From assembly GCA_015494465.1 (NCBI GenBank), contig WGBD01000004.1, positions 4,627-68,626 on the forward strand: DNA of 64,000 bases. Direction: 5' to 3'. The notes under the pieces were generated by a model. It worked only from the letters and a program-made list of their open reading frames with translations. It was not told the origin of the DNA and ran no database searches. Numbering within the stretch: the first letter of the stretch is position 1; every line of letters begins with the position of its first letter. Positions 40,960 through 50,895 of the stretch are shown here, one piece after another. Source of the DNA: Candidatus Omnitrophota bacterium. GTDB taxonomy: Bacteria; Omnitrophota; Gorgyraeia; S143-82. The position numbers were made by a program, and so were the translations under genes.

Positions 40960-42016
40960 GGACCTGCCCATAGGTGGTGGGGCCCCCATCTCTATACAGA
41001 CCATGACCAAGGTCCCCACCTACGACTTTCAGGCATTGATCTCGGAAGTGGAGACCCTTATCTCAGCTGGGGCAGATGTAATCAGGGTGGCGGTGAAGTT
41101 TCCCGGGGATGTGGAGTCACTGCGGAGGCTGTTGAAGAGCTTCCCCGAGGGCAGGTTCGTCGCGGACATCCACTTCAACCACAAGCTGGCTGTGGAGGTA
41201 ATAAGGCTCGGGGTGGCAGGGGTGCGCCTTAATCCGGGGAACATATCTGATCCCGTAAAGATAAAAGAGATCTTGAAGGCGAAAGACGATTACAATCCCG
41301 ATTTGGTCATAAGGATTGGAGTGAATTCTGGATCCATCCCTGAGGACCTGCGTGCTAAGCCTCTCCCTGAGGCGATGGTGGAGTCCGCCTTGAGGTACAT
41401 ATCTATCTTGGAGGATCGCCACTTCTTCAACCTCAAGGTCTCGTTGAAGGCCTCGGATGTACCTGCCACGGTGATGGCCAATAGGTTATTCCGGGAACGC
41501 AGTGATTATCCCCTGCATCTGGGAGTTACTGCTACCGGGGATTATCTTTCAGGGATCGTCAAGTCGAGTCTGGGTATAGGAGCCTTGCTCCTCGACGGAA
41601 TAGGTGACACCATGAGGGTGTCTTTGACCGCACCTTCCATCGAAGAGGTGAGGATTGGGAAAAAGATACTGTCCGCCTTGAACCTGGGTGGCGAGGTGAA
41701 CATAATATCCTGTCCTACCTGCGGGAGGTGCTTCGTGGACATAAAGCCTTTGGTGGAGGAGTTGCGTAGGATCGTGGATTCGGATCCGAAGAGGTTTTCG
41801 GGGATAAGGAAGTTGGCGATTATGGGCTGTGAGGTCAACGGCCCGGGGGAAGCAGGCGATGCAGATGTGGGCGTAGCTTGTGGAAAGGGCTGGGCCTTGA
41901 TATTCTCCAGGGGGAAGGTCCTGCGCAGGGTGAGATCTGATGATATAATAAATGCCTTGATCGAGGAGGTGGATCGACTGTCTAGGAGGGGAGATGGAGC
42001 TTCTAGAATCGGTTAA
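40931..42016 (+). CDS. ispG: 4-hydroxy-3-methylbut-2-enyl diphosphate synthase
   Basis: 361 aa. GcpE pattern with a C-terminal Cys triad (CPTCGRC...GCEVNGPGE). Confidence 0.9.
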   Translation: MRQSRRIYLKDLPIGGGAPISIQTMTKVPTYDFQALISEVETLISAGADVIRVAVKFPGDVESLRRLLKSFPEGRFVADIHFNHKLAVEVIRLGVAGVRLNPGNISDPVKIKEILKAKDDYNPDLVIRIGVNSGSIPEDLRAKPLPEAMVESALRYISILEDRHFFNLKVSLKASDVPATVMANRLFRERSDYPLHLGVTATGDYLSGIVKSSLGIGALLLDGIGDTMRVSLTAPSIEEVRIGKKILSALNLGGEVNIISCPTCGRCFVDIKPLVEELRRIVDSDPKRFSGIRKLAIMGCEVNGPGEAGDADVGVACGKGWALIFSRGKVLRRVRSDDIINALIEEVDRLSRRGDGASRIG

Positions 42017-43247
42017 ACAGAGACTATTTTCTCAGGTGGATGTTTTGGATCCCGCGCTCAACGAAGAGGATGTGAAGGATCGGGTCCTGGCAATCATCTC
42101 GGATATAGAGCGCAAGAAGAAGGAGCAGTTTCCACCCGAGACGATAGAGCAGGTTCTCAGGGCTATACTAGACGAACTCTTCGGATATAGCGTCCTTACG
42201 CCCTTGATAACCGATCCTACCATCACCGAGATAATGATCAATGGACCATTTCAGGTCTATGTGGAAGTCAACGGAAAGAAGCGTTTGAGCAATGTGAGAT
42301 TCTCCTCGCATCAGCACCTCATGAGGGTGCTGGAGAAGATGCTACATCACTCCTTCCGCAGGGTCGACGAGTCGAACCCCTACACGGATTTTTCCCTTCC
42401 GGACGGTTCAAGGGTAAATGTGATAATACCTCCCGTATCCCTTACCGGTCCGGTGATCACTATCAGGAAGTTCCTCAGGACCTTTAACTCCATTGACGAC
42501 CTGGTCCAGGCAGGCTCCCTTACTCGAGAGATGGGTGAGTTTCTGGTCTCTGCCATTAGGTCTCGGCTGAACATAATATTTTCTGGGGCCACTGGCGCAG
42601 GTAAAACCACGACCTTGAGCGTCTTGCTCCACTACCTGGATCCAGACGAGAGGTTGGTGGTGATAGAGGATACCGCGGAGCTGATAATAGAACACCCCCA
42701 TGTGGTGCGCCTGGAGGCGAGGTATTCCAACATAGAAGGCAGAGGGGAAGTGTCTATACGAGACCTCTTCAGGAATTCCCTGCGCATGAGGCCGGACAGG
42801 ATAGTGATCGGTGAGGTCAGGGGAGAGGAGAGCCTGGACATGCTCCAGGCAATCATCAGTGGGCACAAGGGTTCCTTGGCGGTCTTGCACGCGGACAACC
42901 CAACCGATGCAGTAGCCCGCTTGGAGACGATGGTGACCATCTACAACGAGAAGATCCCGTTGTGGTTGGTCCAGAAGCAAATAGCCCAAGGAATAGATCT
43001 GATAGTTCAGCAGGAGCGGATGAAGGACGGGGTAAGGAGGATAACCTACATAACCGAGGTGATAGGCTCTGACGGCAGCGATGTGCTCCTGCAGGACATC
43101 TTCCGATTTGAGCAGGTGGGAATAAGTGCAGACGGTAAGGTCGAGGGGCGTTGGGTGAAGCTGAACCAGGAACCCAAGGTCGTGGGCAAGATGCGAAAGA
43201 TGGGCGTGGAGGTAAAGAGAGAGTGGTTCTACGATGATTCCAACTAA
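41994..43247 (+). CDS. CpaF/TadA-family type II/IV secretion system ATPase
   Basis: 417 aa. Walker A GATGAGKTT and Walker B/Asp box (RIVIGEVRGEE). No tadB/tadC or secretin nearby. Confidence 0.85.
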   Translation: MELLESVKQRLFSQVDVLDPALNEEDVKDRVLAIISDIERKKKEQFPPETIEQVLRAILDELFGYSVLTPLITDPTITEIMINGPFQVYVEVNGKKRLSNVRFSSHQHLMRVLEKMLHHSFRRVDESNPYTDFSLPDGSRVNVIIPPVSLTGPVITIRKFLRTFNSIDDLVQAGSLTREMGEFLVSAIRSRLNIIFSGATGAGKTTTLSVLLHYLDPDERLVVIEDTAELIIEHPHVVRLEARYSNIEGRGEVSIRDLFRNSLRMRPDRIVIGEVRGEESLDMLQAIISGHKGSLAVLHADNPTDAVARLETMVTIYNEKIPLWLVQKQIAQGIDLIVQQERMKDGVRRITYITEVIGSDGSDVLLQDIFRFEQVGISADGKVEGRWVKLNQEPKVVGKMRKMGVEVKREWFYDDSN

Positions 43248-43692
43248 TGTGCTCGAGGACATACGCAGGATAGTAGAGTCTGCGGGAGTGGACATAGTAG
43301 AGGAGAATGTCAGTTTCTTGAACGGGGTCCTGAATCTAAAACTGTTAGTGGACTTTCCTTCGGGTGGTATCGACATAGGGACCTGTTCGCGGATTAATGC
43401 CCAGATAGTGGACTACCTGGAACGATTGCAAGACCTGATACCCGATTATTCGGTGGAGGTCTCCTCTCCTGGGCTGGATAGGAAGCTGAAGACCTTCGAG
43501 GACTTCAGACGGGTGAAGAACTACACAGTCGAGGTGCTCCTATCCAATAAGGTAGCAGGCAAGGGGCAATGGAAGGGCCTCTTGGAGGAAGTCGGTGAGG
43601 ATCACATTACCTTGAGGGTGCCTAAAGGCAAGGGATTTATGTGGGTGGAGATACCTTATAAAGACATCCAACAGGGCAGGGTCGTGCTATGA
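43234..43692 (+). CDS. rimP: ribosome maturation factor RimP
   Basis: 152 aa, RimP pattern (VEVSSPGLDRKLK). Confidence 0.8.
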   Translation: MIPTNVLEDIRRIVESAGVDIVEENVSFLNGVLNLKLLVDFPSGGIDIGTCSRINAQIVDYLERLQDLIPDYSVEVSSPGLDRKLKTFEDFRRVKNYTVEVLLSNKVAGKGQWKGLLEEVGEDHITLRVPKGKGFMWVEIPYKDIQQGRVVL

Positions 43693-43898
43693 GCCGTCTC
43701 TTTTTCTTCTTGGCGGGTTTGTTTTTCGTTCTCGGTCTAATACTCCTGTTAGGTGAACGAGTTGGAGTGAAGTTGTTTCAGCTCCCAGGAGACATCGTGA
43801 TCAAAAAGGAGAACTTCGTCTTCTATTTCCCGATAACCACTTCCGTATTGCTTAGCGTTTTGCTAACCCTTGTAATGTGGATACTGAGTAGGAAATGA
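43689..43898 (+). CDS. small membrane protein (DUF2905-like)
   Basis: 69 aa, two predicted TM helices. Translationally coupled between rimP and the SpoIID-like gene. Confidence 0.5.
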   Translation: MSRLFFFLAGLFFVLGLILLLGERVGVKLFQLPGDIVIKKENFVFYFPITTSVLLSVLLTLVMWILSRK

Positions 43899-44941
43899 GG
43901 GCCTTTCTCGTTTGGTGGCTAGGGGTGCTTCTGTGTGCAGTGGGAGTCCCCTCGTGGGCAAAGACCGTAAGGGTCTTGATATACCAGGGGAAGGTGGGTT
44001 GCATTTACGCGAAAGGTACTGGGATATTGCACCTGGAGCAGGCGAGGTCAAGGAGGGTCGTATCGGGAAAAGACGGGATCGTGTTCGTCGATAACAGACC
44101 CTATCGGGGCGAGATAGAGGTGCTGCCCGTGGAGGAAGGGGTAGCGTTGGTGAACCTGGTAGATCTAGAGGATTATCTCAAAGGGGTGCTTTACAATGAG
44201 GTCTCCCATTATTGGCCTATAGAGGCCCTGAAGGCCCAGGCGGTGGTGGCGCGGAGTTATGCCCTGTACAGGATAGAGAACCCGCAGGGTGGGTTCTACG
44301 ACCTCACTGCTGGAGAGGATTCCCAGGTCTATCGAGGGGTAAATGCGGAGAGGTATCGTCTCAATCTGGCAATAGAATCCACTCGAGGGGAGGTCTTGAC
44401 CTACGAAGGGAGGATATTACCTGCTTTTTATCATTCCTGCTGTGGGGGGAAGACCGAGCCTGCTTCCGAGTTGTGGGAAGGGCTTTCAGATATCCTCCCG
44501 ATCAACCAATCAGTAGAAGACCCCTATTGCGAGATATCCCCTCACTTCCGTTGGCAGTTCACCATTGCCTCTTCAGAGCTGATTGCCGAACTCTCGGATC
44601 TGGGGCTGAAAGGCGAACTCGTGCGCGAGTTAACCATCTGCAAGAGGACCGCCTCTGGTCGGGCCAAGGTAGTGCACATCTGTACGGAAGGTGGTTGTTG
44701 GGATTTATCGGGAAAGGATCTGCGCCAGAGGATCGGATCGAGTAGGATCAAGAGCCTCTTTTTTCGGCCGGCTGTCGTTCTCAACGGTATGGCGGTGGAT
44801 TTCCAGGGCAAGGGGTGGGGACACGGGGTTGGGATGTGCCAGTGGGGAGCCTATGCCATGGCCCTTCAGGGGAAAAATTACAAAGAGATATTGAGCTTCT
44901 ACTACCCCGGAGCAGAGTTAGTCAAGATGGAGGGGGATTAG
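43895..44941 (+). CDS. SpoIID/LytB domain protein
   Basis: 348 aa with a signal peptide and SpoIID-family motifs (AQAVVARSYAL, FYHSCCGG...E). Confidence 0.75.
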   Translation: MRAFLVWWLGVLLCAVGVPSWAKTVRVLIYQGKVGCIYAKGTGILHLEQARSRRVVSGKDGIVFVDNRPYRGEIEVLPVEEGVALVNLVDLEDYLKGVLYNEVSHYWPIEALKAQAVVARSYALYRIENPQGGFYDLTAGEDSQVYRGVNAERYRLNLAIESTRGEVLTYEGRILPAFYHSCCGGKTEPASELWEGLSDILPINQSVEDPYCEISPHFRWQFTIASSELIAELSDLGLKGELVRELTICKRTASGRAKVVHICTEGGCWDLSGKDLRQRIGSSRIKSLFFRPAVVLNGMAVDFQGKGWGHGVGMCQWGAYAMALQGKNYKEILSFYYPGAELVKMEGD

Positions 44942-44942
44942 G

Positions 44943-45614
44943 GTGCATGTGGCCATCATAATGGACGGCAATGGTCGCTGGGCCCAGGCCAGGGGATTGC
45001 CTCGGATAGAAGGGCATAGGCAGGGGCTCAAACGGGTGGAGGAACTGCTGAGGTATGCACCGGATAAGGGCGTTAAGTACCTCACCCTGTACGCCTTCTC
45101 CACCGAGAACTGGAGGCGTCCCAAGGCAGAACGGGAGTTTCTCTTTTCCATGTTCGAGAGGTACCTAAAAGATAGGTGGGAGGGGCTTGCGGAACGGGGT
45201 GTTAGGTTAAAGGTCATAGGTTCGAGGCAAGGTCTACCTGCATCCTTGGTTGAGTTGATAGAGGACACGGAACGAAAGTTGTCCGGTGGAGATAGTCTGT
45301 TCCTCCAGATAGCCTTCAATTACGGGGGCAGGGATGAGATCGTCAGGGCTATAAGGGACCTGCACGAGAAAGGGCTTTGTCAGGATGTCGACGAGAAAAT
45401 CTTTGCCGAATATCTCTATACCGCTGGTATCCCTGACCCCGATCTCATGATAAGGACCTCTGGGGAGAAGCGAATAAGCAACTTTTTGCTCTGGCAGTTG
45501 GCCTATACCGAGTTATACTTTACCGATGTCCTGTGGCCAGACTTTGACGAGGCAGAGTTTGAAAAGGCCCTTGCTGATTACTCCAAGAGGAGGAGGCGGT
45601 TTGGTGGGATCTGA
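44943..45614 (+). CDS. uppS: undecaprenyl pyrophosphate synthase
   Basis: 223 aa, HVAIIMDGNGRWA N-terminus and FSTENWRRP motif. Confidence 0.9.
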   Translation: MHVAIIMDGNGRWAQARGLPRIEGHRQGLKRVEELLRYAPDKGVKYLTLYAFSTENWRRPKAEREFLFSMFERYLKDRWEGLAERGVRLKVIGSRQGLPASLVELIEDTERKLSGGDSLFLQIAFNYGGRDEIVRAIRDLHEKGLCQDVDEKIFAEYLYTAGIPDPDLMIRTSGEKRISNFLLWQLAYTELYFTDVLWPDFDEAEFEKALADYSKRRRRFGGI

Positions 45615-46413
45615 GTTGAAAAAACGCACGATCATAAGCCTGCTCTGGTTCTCGATTATAGTGTTGTTCATCTCCGTGAAGTGGGTCTTCTTGTTGGTAA
45701 TAACCCTTTTGTCCGTCCTTGGCACCCACGAGTTTTATCGAATGGTGGAAAACAAGGGTATTTATCCATTTTACTACATGGGTCTGTCGGTATCTGCTTT
45801 CATTCCTCTATCGGTCTATTACGGTTTTGAGCTCAATAGGGATTGGCAGTTGTTCTTGGTGATAGCGGGGCTCATCACCTTATTTTTGCTCCAGATAAGG
45901 AGGAGGGAGAACGAGGGTGCTACTGCTGGGATCGCGGTGTCCATTTTCGGGATATTCTACATCTCGTGGACCCTGTCTTTTCTATTGCGGCTGAGGTTGT
46001 TAGAGCACGGGATCCTCTTGTCCGCGATGACGATATTCGCCACTAAGGTATCCGACATAATGGCCTACATCGTGGGGACCTCATTTGGCCGGAGGCCTTT
46101 TATGCCCCGAGTAAGCCCCAAGAAGACCTGGGAGGGATTTTGGGCCGGATTGTTGTCGGCAATTATAGTTACCGAGTGTTTCGCCTTCTTTATCCCGTTC
46201 ATCGGCCCCTACTCTGCCCTGGTGTTGGGGGTGCTGATGGGTGTCTTTGGCCAGCTGGGTGACATATCCGAATCTCTTATAAAGCGTGACTGTCAGGTAA
46301 AGGATTCAGGCACCCTCTTCCCTGGGATGGGTGGGGTGCTGGATGTCGTAGATAGCCTTCTCTTCACCTCGCCAATAGTGTACTTTTATGTGACGCGTAT
46401 GATCGGGATATGA
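45604..46413 (+). CDS. cdsA: phosphatidate cytidylyltransferase
   Basis: Polytopic membrane protein with a C-terminal CTP-transferase signature (SxxKRDxxxKDxGxxxPGHGGxxDRxD-like: SLIKRDCQVKDSGTLFPGMGGVLDVVDS). Start set at an in-frame GTG at 45604; the ORF-track start at 45526 overlaps uppS implausibly. Confidence 0.8.
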   Translation: MGSELKKRTIISLLWFSIIVLFISVKWVFLLVITLLSVLGTHEFYRMVENKGIYPFYYMGLSVSAFIPLSVYYGFELNRDWQLFLVIAGLITLFLLQIRRRENEGATAGIAVSIFGIFYISWTLSFLLRLRLLEHGILLSAMTIFATKVSDIMAYIVGTSFGRRPFMPRVSPKKTWEGFWAGLLSAIIVTECFAFFIPFIGPYSALVLGVLMGVFGQLGDISESLIKRDCQVKDSGTLFPGMGGVLDVVDSLLFTSPIVYFYVTRMIGI

Positions 46414-47537
46414 AAAAGAGGATCGCTATACTCGGGGCCAGCGGATCCATCGGCACATCTGCCTTGTGGGTGGTGGAGAAGTTTTCCGATCGCCTGGAGT
46501 TGGTTGGCGTATCAGTGCACAGGAACCTACACTGCGCCCAGGAGATCGTCCGTCGTTTTCCCTCCTGTGAATGGGTGGTAGTTACGGGATTGGAGGGAAA
46601 AGAGGCGATACGGGACGGGGTGAGATTCTTGTACGGGAGGCAGTGGGTTGGAACCCTGATTCGGGAGACGGGGGTGGATACGGTAGTCTTTGGTCTGCCT
46701 TCGGGAGAGGTAGTGGACCTCTTTCTTGATCTGGTAGAATCTGGAGTAAAGATCGCCATGGCCAACAAGGAAGCACTGGTCGTCACCTGTGATCTGATAA
46801 GGCCTGCCGTAGCCAAAAACGTATTGCCCATAGACAGTGAGCAATCCGCCTTGTGGCAGTTACTGGAGGGGAAGCTGGATAGGGTGAAGAGGGTGATATT
46901 GACCTGCTCGGGAGGTCCATTCCGAGGGAAAAAGAGGGAGGAACTCCGGGATGTGGATGCCTCTTCTGCCTTATCCCATCCCCGGTGGAACATGGGGCCA
47001 AAGGTGAGCCTGGATTCCGCCACCCTCATGAACAAGGCCTTGGAGGTTATAGAAGCGGTGGCCTTGTTTGATCTGGATCCAACACAGATAGAGGTGCTCG
47101 TGCATCCCCAAGCCGAAGTGCACGGGATCGTGGAGATGGTGGACGGGGCCCTATTTTTGCAAGCCGGTATTACCGACATGCGCCTGCCGATCCAGTACGC
47201 CCTCTCCTGGCCGGAGAGGTGGGACAACGACGCCCTGAGCTTCCCTATCCATGAGAGGATCGTCTGGGACTTTCATCCAGTGGATCACGAGACCTTTACC
47301 TCCTTGAAAACCGGTAGGTTGGCATTAGAAAAGGGTGGATCGACGCTGGTGGTCTTTAATACCGCCAACGATCTTTTGGGTAGGATGTTTCTTGAAGGGG
47401 ATGTCAGCTTCCTGGATATAATGGATATTACCCACAGGTTAGTAGAGGAACACGAGCCCTGGCAGATAACTTCGCTTGAGGACATCGAAAGGGCAAGGAG
47501 ATGGGCAGAGGAGAGGTTGTCAACTTTGCTAGGTTAA
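46410..47537 (+). CDS. dxr: 1-deoxy-D-xylulose 5-phosphate reductoisomerase
   Basis: 375 aa. ILGASGSIG N-terminus and Dxr catalytic motifs (DSEQSA, ANKE). Confidence 0.9.
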   Translation: MKKRIAILGASGSIGTSALWVVEKFSDRLELVGVSVHRNLHCAQEIVRRFPSCEWVVVTGLEGKEAIRDGVRFLYGRQWVGTLIRETGVDTVVFGLPSGEVVDLFLDLVESGVKIAMANKEALVVTCDLIRPAVAKNVLPIDSEQSALWQLLEGKLDRVKRVILTCSGGPFRGKKREELRDVDASSALSHPRWNMGPKVSLDSATLMNKALEVIEAVALFDLDPTQIEVLVHPQAEVHGIVEMVDGALFLQAGITDMRLPIQYALSWPERWDNDALSFPIHERIVWDFHPVDHETFTSLKTGRLALEKGGSTLVVFNTANDLLGRMFLEGDVSFLDIMDITHRLVEEHEPWQITSLEDIERARRWAEERLSTLLG

Positions 47538-47545
47538 GGGAGAAG

Positions 47546-48163
47546 ATGGTCCAGGAACAGCTCCTGGAGAGAGGGATAAGGGATTCTAGAGTGATAGGCG
47601 CATTTCTCAAGGTTCCTCGGGAGAAGTTCGTTCCCAAGAAGATGCAGGTGTACGCCTACGAGGACGGGCCGTTGTCCATAGGATACGGGCAGACGATATC
47701 CCAGCCTTACATGGTTGCGTTGATGACTGAGTTGTTGGGTCTGGACAAAAGGGACAAGGTCTTGGAGATAGGAACTGGCTCCGGTTATCAGACCGCCATC
47801 CTCGCTGAGCTCGCGGGTGAGGTCTATTCGGTGGAACGCATACCTGAGCTGGCCGAGCGGGCCCAGGAGGTATTGCAGGACCTCGGATACGCAAACGTTA
47901 AGATTAGGGTCGGCGACGGGACCTTGGGCTGGGATACCTACGCCCCCTACGATAGGATAATCGTCACCGCAGGCGCCCCAAAGGTGCCTTTGCCCTTGAT
48001 CGAACAGTTGGCCCCTGGAGGTCGCATGGTGATCCCAGTGGGACCGAGGTACCACCAGGTCTTGAAGGTCTTGGAAAAGACCTCAGATGGCGAGGTAGTG
48101 GAAAAGGAGGATATCCCGTGCGTATTCGTGCCTTTGATTGGTGCAGAGGGTTGGCAGGAGTAG
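47546..48163 (+). CDS. pcm: protein-L-isoaspartate O-methyltransferase
   Basis: PCMT pattern (VLEIGTGSGYQTA, PLSIGYGQTISQP). Start chosen at ATG 47546 (MVQEQL...), in frame with the longer ORF. Confidence 0.85.
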   Translation: MVQEQLLERGIRDSRVIGAFLKVPREKFVPKKMQVYAYEDGPLSIGYGQTISQPYMVALMTELLGLDKRDKVLEIGTGSGYQTAILAELAGEVYSVERIPELAERAQEVLQDLGYANVKIRVGDGTLGWDTYAPYDRIIVTAGAPKVPLPLIEQLAPGGRMVIPVGPRYHQVLKVLEKTSDGEVVEKEDIPCVFVPLIGAEGWQE

Positions 48164-49089
48164 TCGTCCTTTTTGGGGTTCTGTGTCTGGGACAAATAGA
48201 ACTCCAGGCGGACAGGATAGTGGCAGTGGTTGGCGATCAGGTGATCACCGAGTCGGATCTCAACAAGGTGGTAAAGAGCTGGGAGTACCAATTAAGATTG
48301 GAGGCCTCGGGGGTTGAATACCTTAAGCGCATCCAGGAGTTAAAGCGCGAGGCCTTGAAGAGGTTGATCGACGAGGAGCTCCTGTATATGGAGGCCTTAA
48401 AGGAGGGAATAACCGTTGATCCAGTTGCGGTGGAGCAGGAGATAGAGAAAATAAAGGCACGATTCCCCTCGGAAGAGGAATTTAAAGAATCTTTGAAGTC
48501 GGCTGGGATGACCCCGAAAGACCTCTACGATCAGATAGAGAAGAAGTTGATGGTGCGTAAGCTGGTGGAGAAAAAGATCCGGTCTAAGATCTACGTCAAC
48601 CCCGTGGAGGTGTTTAGGTATTTCCGATCCCATCGAGAGCAGTTTTGCCTTGTGAAGAGGGTAAAACTCGATTCCATCTTTATACCCGGCCCAGATGAAG
48701 GCGAGGACGAGATGGGGTTCTCTGCTAGGGTAATGGAAGAATATGTTAGGCTTACCAAGAACCAGACCACCTGGAAGGCTCTAAAGGACAAGTACGGCTC
48801 AGGTGCGATATCGGGCTGGAAGAGCCGGGAGGATCTCGCTCCCTCCATCGCAAAGGCCATATTTTCTCTGAAAGACGGCGTCTACCCTATGCCCGTGCGG
48901 GTATCAACCGGATACATGCTTTTTCGCATCGAGGAAAGGGACAAGGATTGTCCCCAAGATCTGAAATCCGCCAAGAAGGCAGTCTACAACTACTTGTTCA
49001 AGAAGAAGTTCGAGGAGAAGCTGAACGCATTCCTAGAAGATCTGCGCGGGAAGTACTTCGTAAAGGTCTACCAAGTATCAACGCAGTGA
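48118..49089 (+). CDS. SurA-like periplasmic chaperone / PpiC-type peptidyl-prolyl isomerase
   Basis: 323 aa. Signal peptide, SurA_N-like helical region and a C-terminal parvulin-like domain. Confidence 0.7.
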   Translation: MRIRAFDWCRGLAGVVVLFGVLCLGQIELQADRIVAVVGDQVITESDLNKVVKSWEYQLRLEASGVEYLKRIQELKREALKRLIDEELLYMEALKEGITVDPVAVEQEIEKIKARFPSEEEFKESLKSAGMTPKDLYDQIEKKLMVRKLVEKKIRSKIYVNPVEVFRYFRSHREQFCLVKRVKLDSIFIPGPDEGEDEMGFSARVMEEYVRLTKNQTTWKALKDKYGSGAISGWKSREDLAPSIAKAIFSLKDGVYPMPVRVSTGYMLFRIEERDKDCPQDLKSAKKAVYNYLFKKKFEEKLNAFLEDLRGKYFVKVYQVSTQ

Positions 49090-49184
49090 AGGGGATCGAA
49101 GAACAGATGGTTTTTGTTCCATGGTAAGAGATATGACTCAGGGTATATTCTTGATATACTTGGTAGTAGCAGGGAGGTAATCTT

Positions 49185-50870
49185 ATGCGAATCAAAAAAG
49201 TTGTGCCGATCCTATCCTTTCTAATTTTTCTATTTCCCGGCTTTCTCACTAAGGCAGGGCAGGTGGAACTGACCGGTATAGCAGTGGAAAATCCCATGGC
49301 CATGATTATCGAGATAGATGGACAAGGGGAATTAAGGCGAGAGGGACAGGTCTATCAGCCCATCATCAAGGCAGGGTTGGGATTCGAAAAGGGGGATGTA
49401 TTCGAGGTCCTGGATACGGACCCCACCAAGGAAGAATATGCGGTGATTCTACTCAACAGGGGAACCGATCCTTCGAGGGTAAGCCTAGTGAGGATCAGTG
49501 AGGGTGGGAGGATCGCATTTTTGGATGATGATGGGGAGTTCGCGGTGAGGGGGGTGTACATAGAATCGGATGATCCAAATAACCTATCGAGTTTTGTCTT
49601 TGACATTAGACACGCTACCGCTAACGAACCCTTTTTCGTGTGGACTCCGGATGTCGTATTGGGAGTGAGGGGTACATTCTTTGAGATCCGTCCAGCAAGT
49701 GATGCAGAGAAGTTTTCGACCGGCGTGATAGGGTATAATTCCGTCACTGGTGCAGAGCTCTCCACGATATCTGTGCCTTCTAACCAACAATGGGACCCGA
49801 ACGACCTAATCTTATACATGGTGAGATGGGAATCGATTGCCTCGCACTTTTCGTCTGGAAACTCCACGCTGGATTACAAGACCACCGCGGATAGGATAAA
49901 ACTGGCCTCGCTTATGATGGAAAACGAGTACACGAATCTGAAACACATCTTTTCCCCTGGCTTCCCACACGACTCGACTTCTACTCCTTTTTTTGCGCAG
50001 GCGGTGGGGAATTACTCCACCCTCCAGGGGAATCAATTGGGTAAGACGCTGGAGGAGATAGTTCAGGATGTAGTGAGTGCACACAACACATCCTCTTCAG
50101 ATCTTCCAGGGTATGTGGCTCGGTACCTTATCTGCTACATAGTGAAGGATGGGATAAAGAGATTCTTTTATCCCAATACCACCTGGTCGGATGTGACCGT
50201 GTTCTTCGACTTCTCTGGTTCGTTTGGGGGTGATAAGGTTAAGTGCGTTTGCCCTCCGTTTAGCTCCTCTCCTCCTTCGAACTGTTGTGATTGTAGTCCG
50301 CAACCTTGTTCATCGTCTATTTTATGTGAGTGTGGGGACGAAGGATTGTCACCACCCCCTCCACCTCCTAATTGCACCTGCTCACCGGATTCTGGTTCCT
50401 GTGTTTGTACCCCTTCTCCTTCACCCTACAAGTCTAGCACGGTACCTGTTCAGGTAACCGCTACCATATGTCTAGGTGGGTACTCAGATGGGGATAATTA
50501 TAAGATTTGGAATCTCGGTACAGTTAAGGTTAAGGTCTCCTCCGTCACCGATTTGCCTTGTTTGTTGTCGATACCTTCTTTGTCAAAGGACTTGCTGGTG
50601 CATGATTCCCTGCCTTCGGAAATCGTGTTGAAGGTGCGAATGGCCAGTCGTATTGGGCCAGCTAACGATTCCGTATCGGTTGAAGACGATGGTGCCTTTA
50701 GCTTGAGAAGGCCGGGCAAGATCGTTGCGGTGCACACCAGAGATGGTTGGGTCCTAGCCCACGATAGAGTTGTGAAGGCAGTGGACATGTTCCCCAAGGT
50801 TACCAAGGGGGAGCTTGAGGAGGTATGGAGTAGATTTAGGAATGATAAAGCGAGATTTTTGAGGCGTTGA
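49185..50870 (+). CDS. secreted hypothetical protein: FecR-like N-domain + Cys/Pro/Ser-rich low-complexity region
   Basis: 561 aa with a signal peptide. Residues about 60-170 resemble the FecR fold (GDVF.V...ISEGGRIAFLDDDGEFAV...VVLGVRGTFFEIR). Residues 354-429 contain 14 Cys in a P/S-rich tract (CVCPPFSSSPPSNCCDCSPQPCSSSILCECGDEGLSPPPPPPNCTCSPDSGSCVCTPSPSP). Confidence 0.55.
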   Translation: MRIKKVVPILSFLIFLFPGFLTKAGQVELTGIAVENPMAMIIEIDGQGELRREGQVYQPIIKAGLGFEKGDVFEVLDTDPTKEEYAVILLNRGTDPSRVSLVRISEGGRIAFLDDDGEFAVRGVYIESDDPNNLSSFVFDIRHATANEPFFVWTPDVVLGVRGTFFEIRPASDAEKFSTGVIGYNSVTGAELSTISVPSNQQWDPNDLILYMVRWESIASHFSSGNSTLDYKTTADRIKLASLMMENEYTNLKHIFSPGFPHDSTSTPFFAQAVGNYSTLQGNQLGKTLEEIVQDVVSAHNTSSSDLPGYVARYLICYIVKDGIKRFFYPNTTWSDVTVFFDFSGSFGGDKVKCVCPPFSSSPPSNCCDCSPQPCSSSILCECGDEGLSPPPPPPNCTCSPDSGSCVCTPSPSPYKSSTVPVQVTATICLGGYSDGDNYKIWNLGTVKVKVSSVTDLPCLLSIPSLSKDLLVHDSLPSEIVLKVRMASRIGPANDSVSVEDDGAFSLRRPGKIVAVHTRDGWVLAHDRVVKAVDMFPKVTKGELEEVWSRFRNDKARFLRR

Positions 50871-50895
50871 GTTGGCGTAGAGAGGATCGAGTAGA

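Noticed and set aside
42408-43376. 322-aa minus-strand ORF
   Set aside because: Antisense to the CpaF ATPase and rimP.
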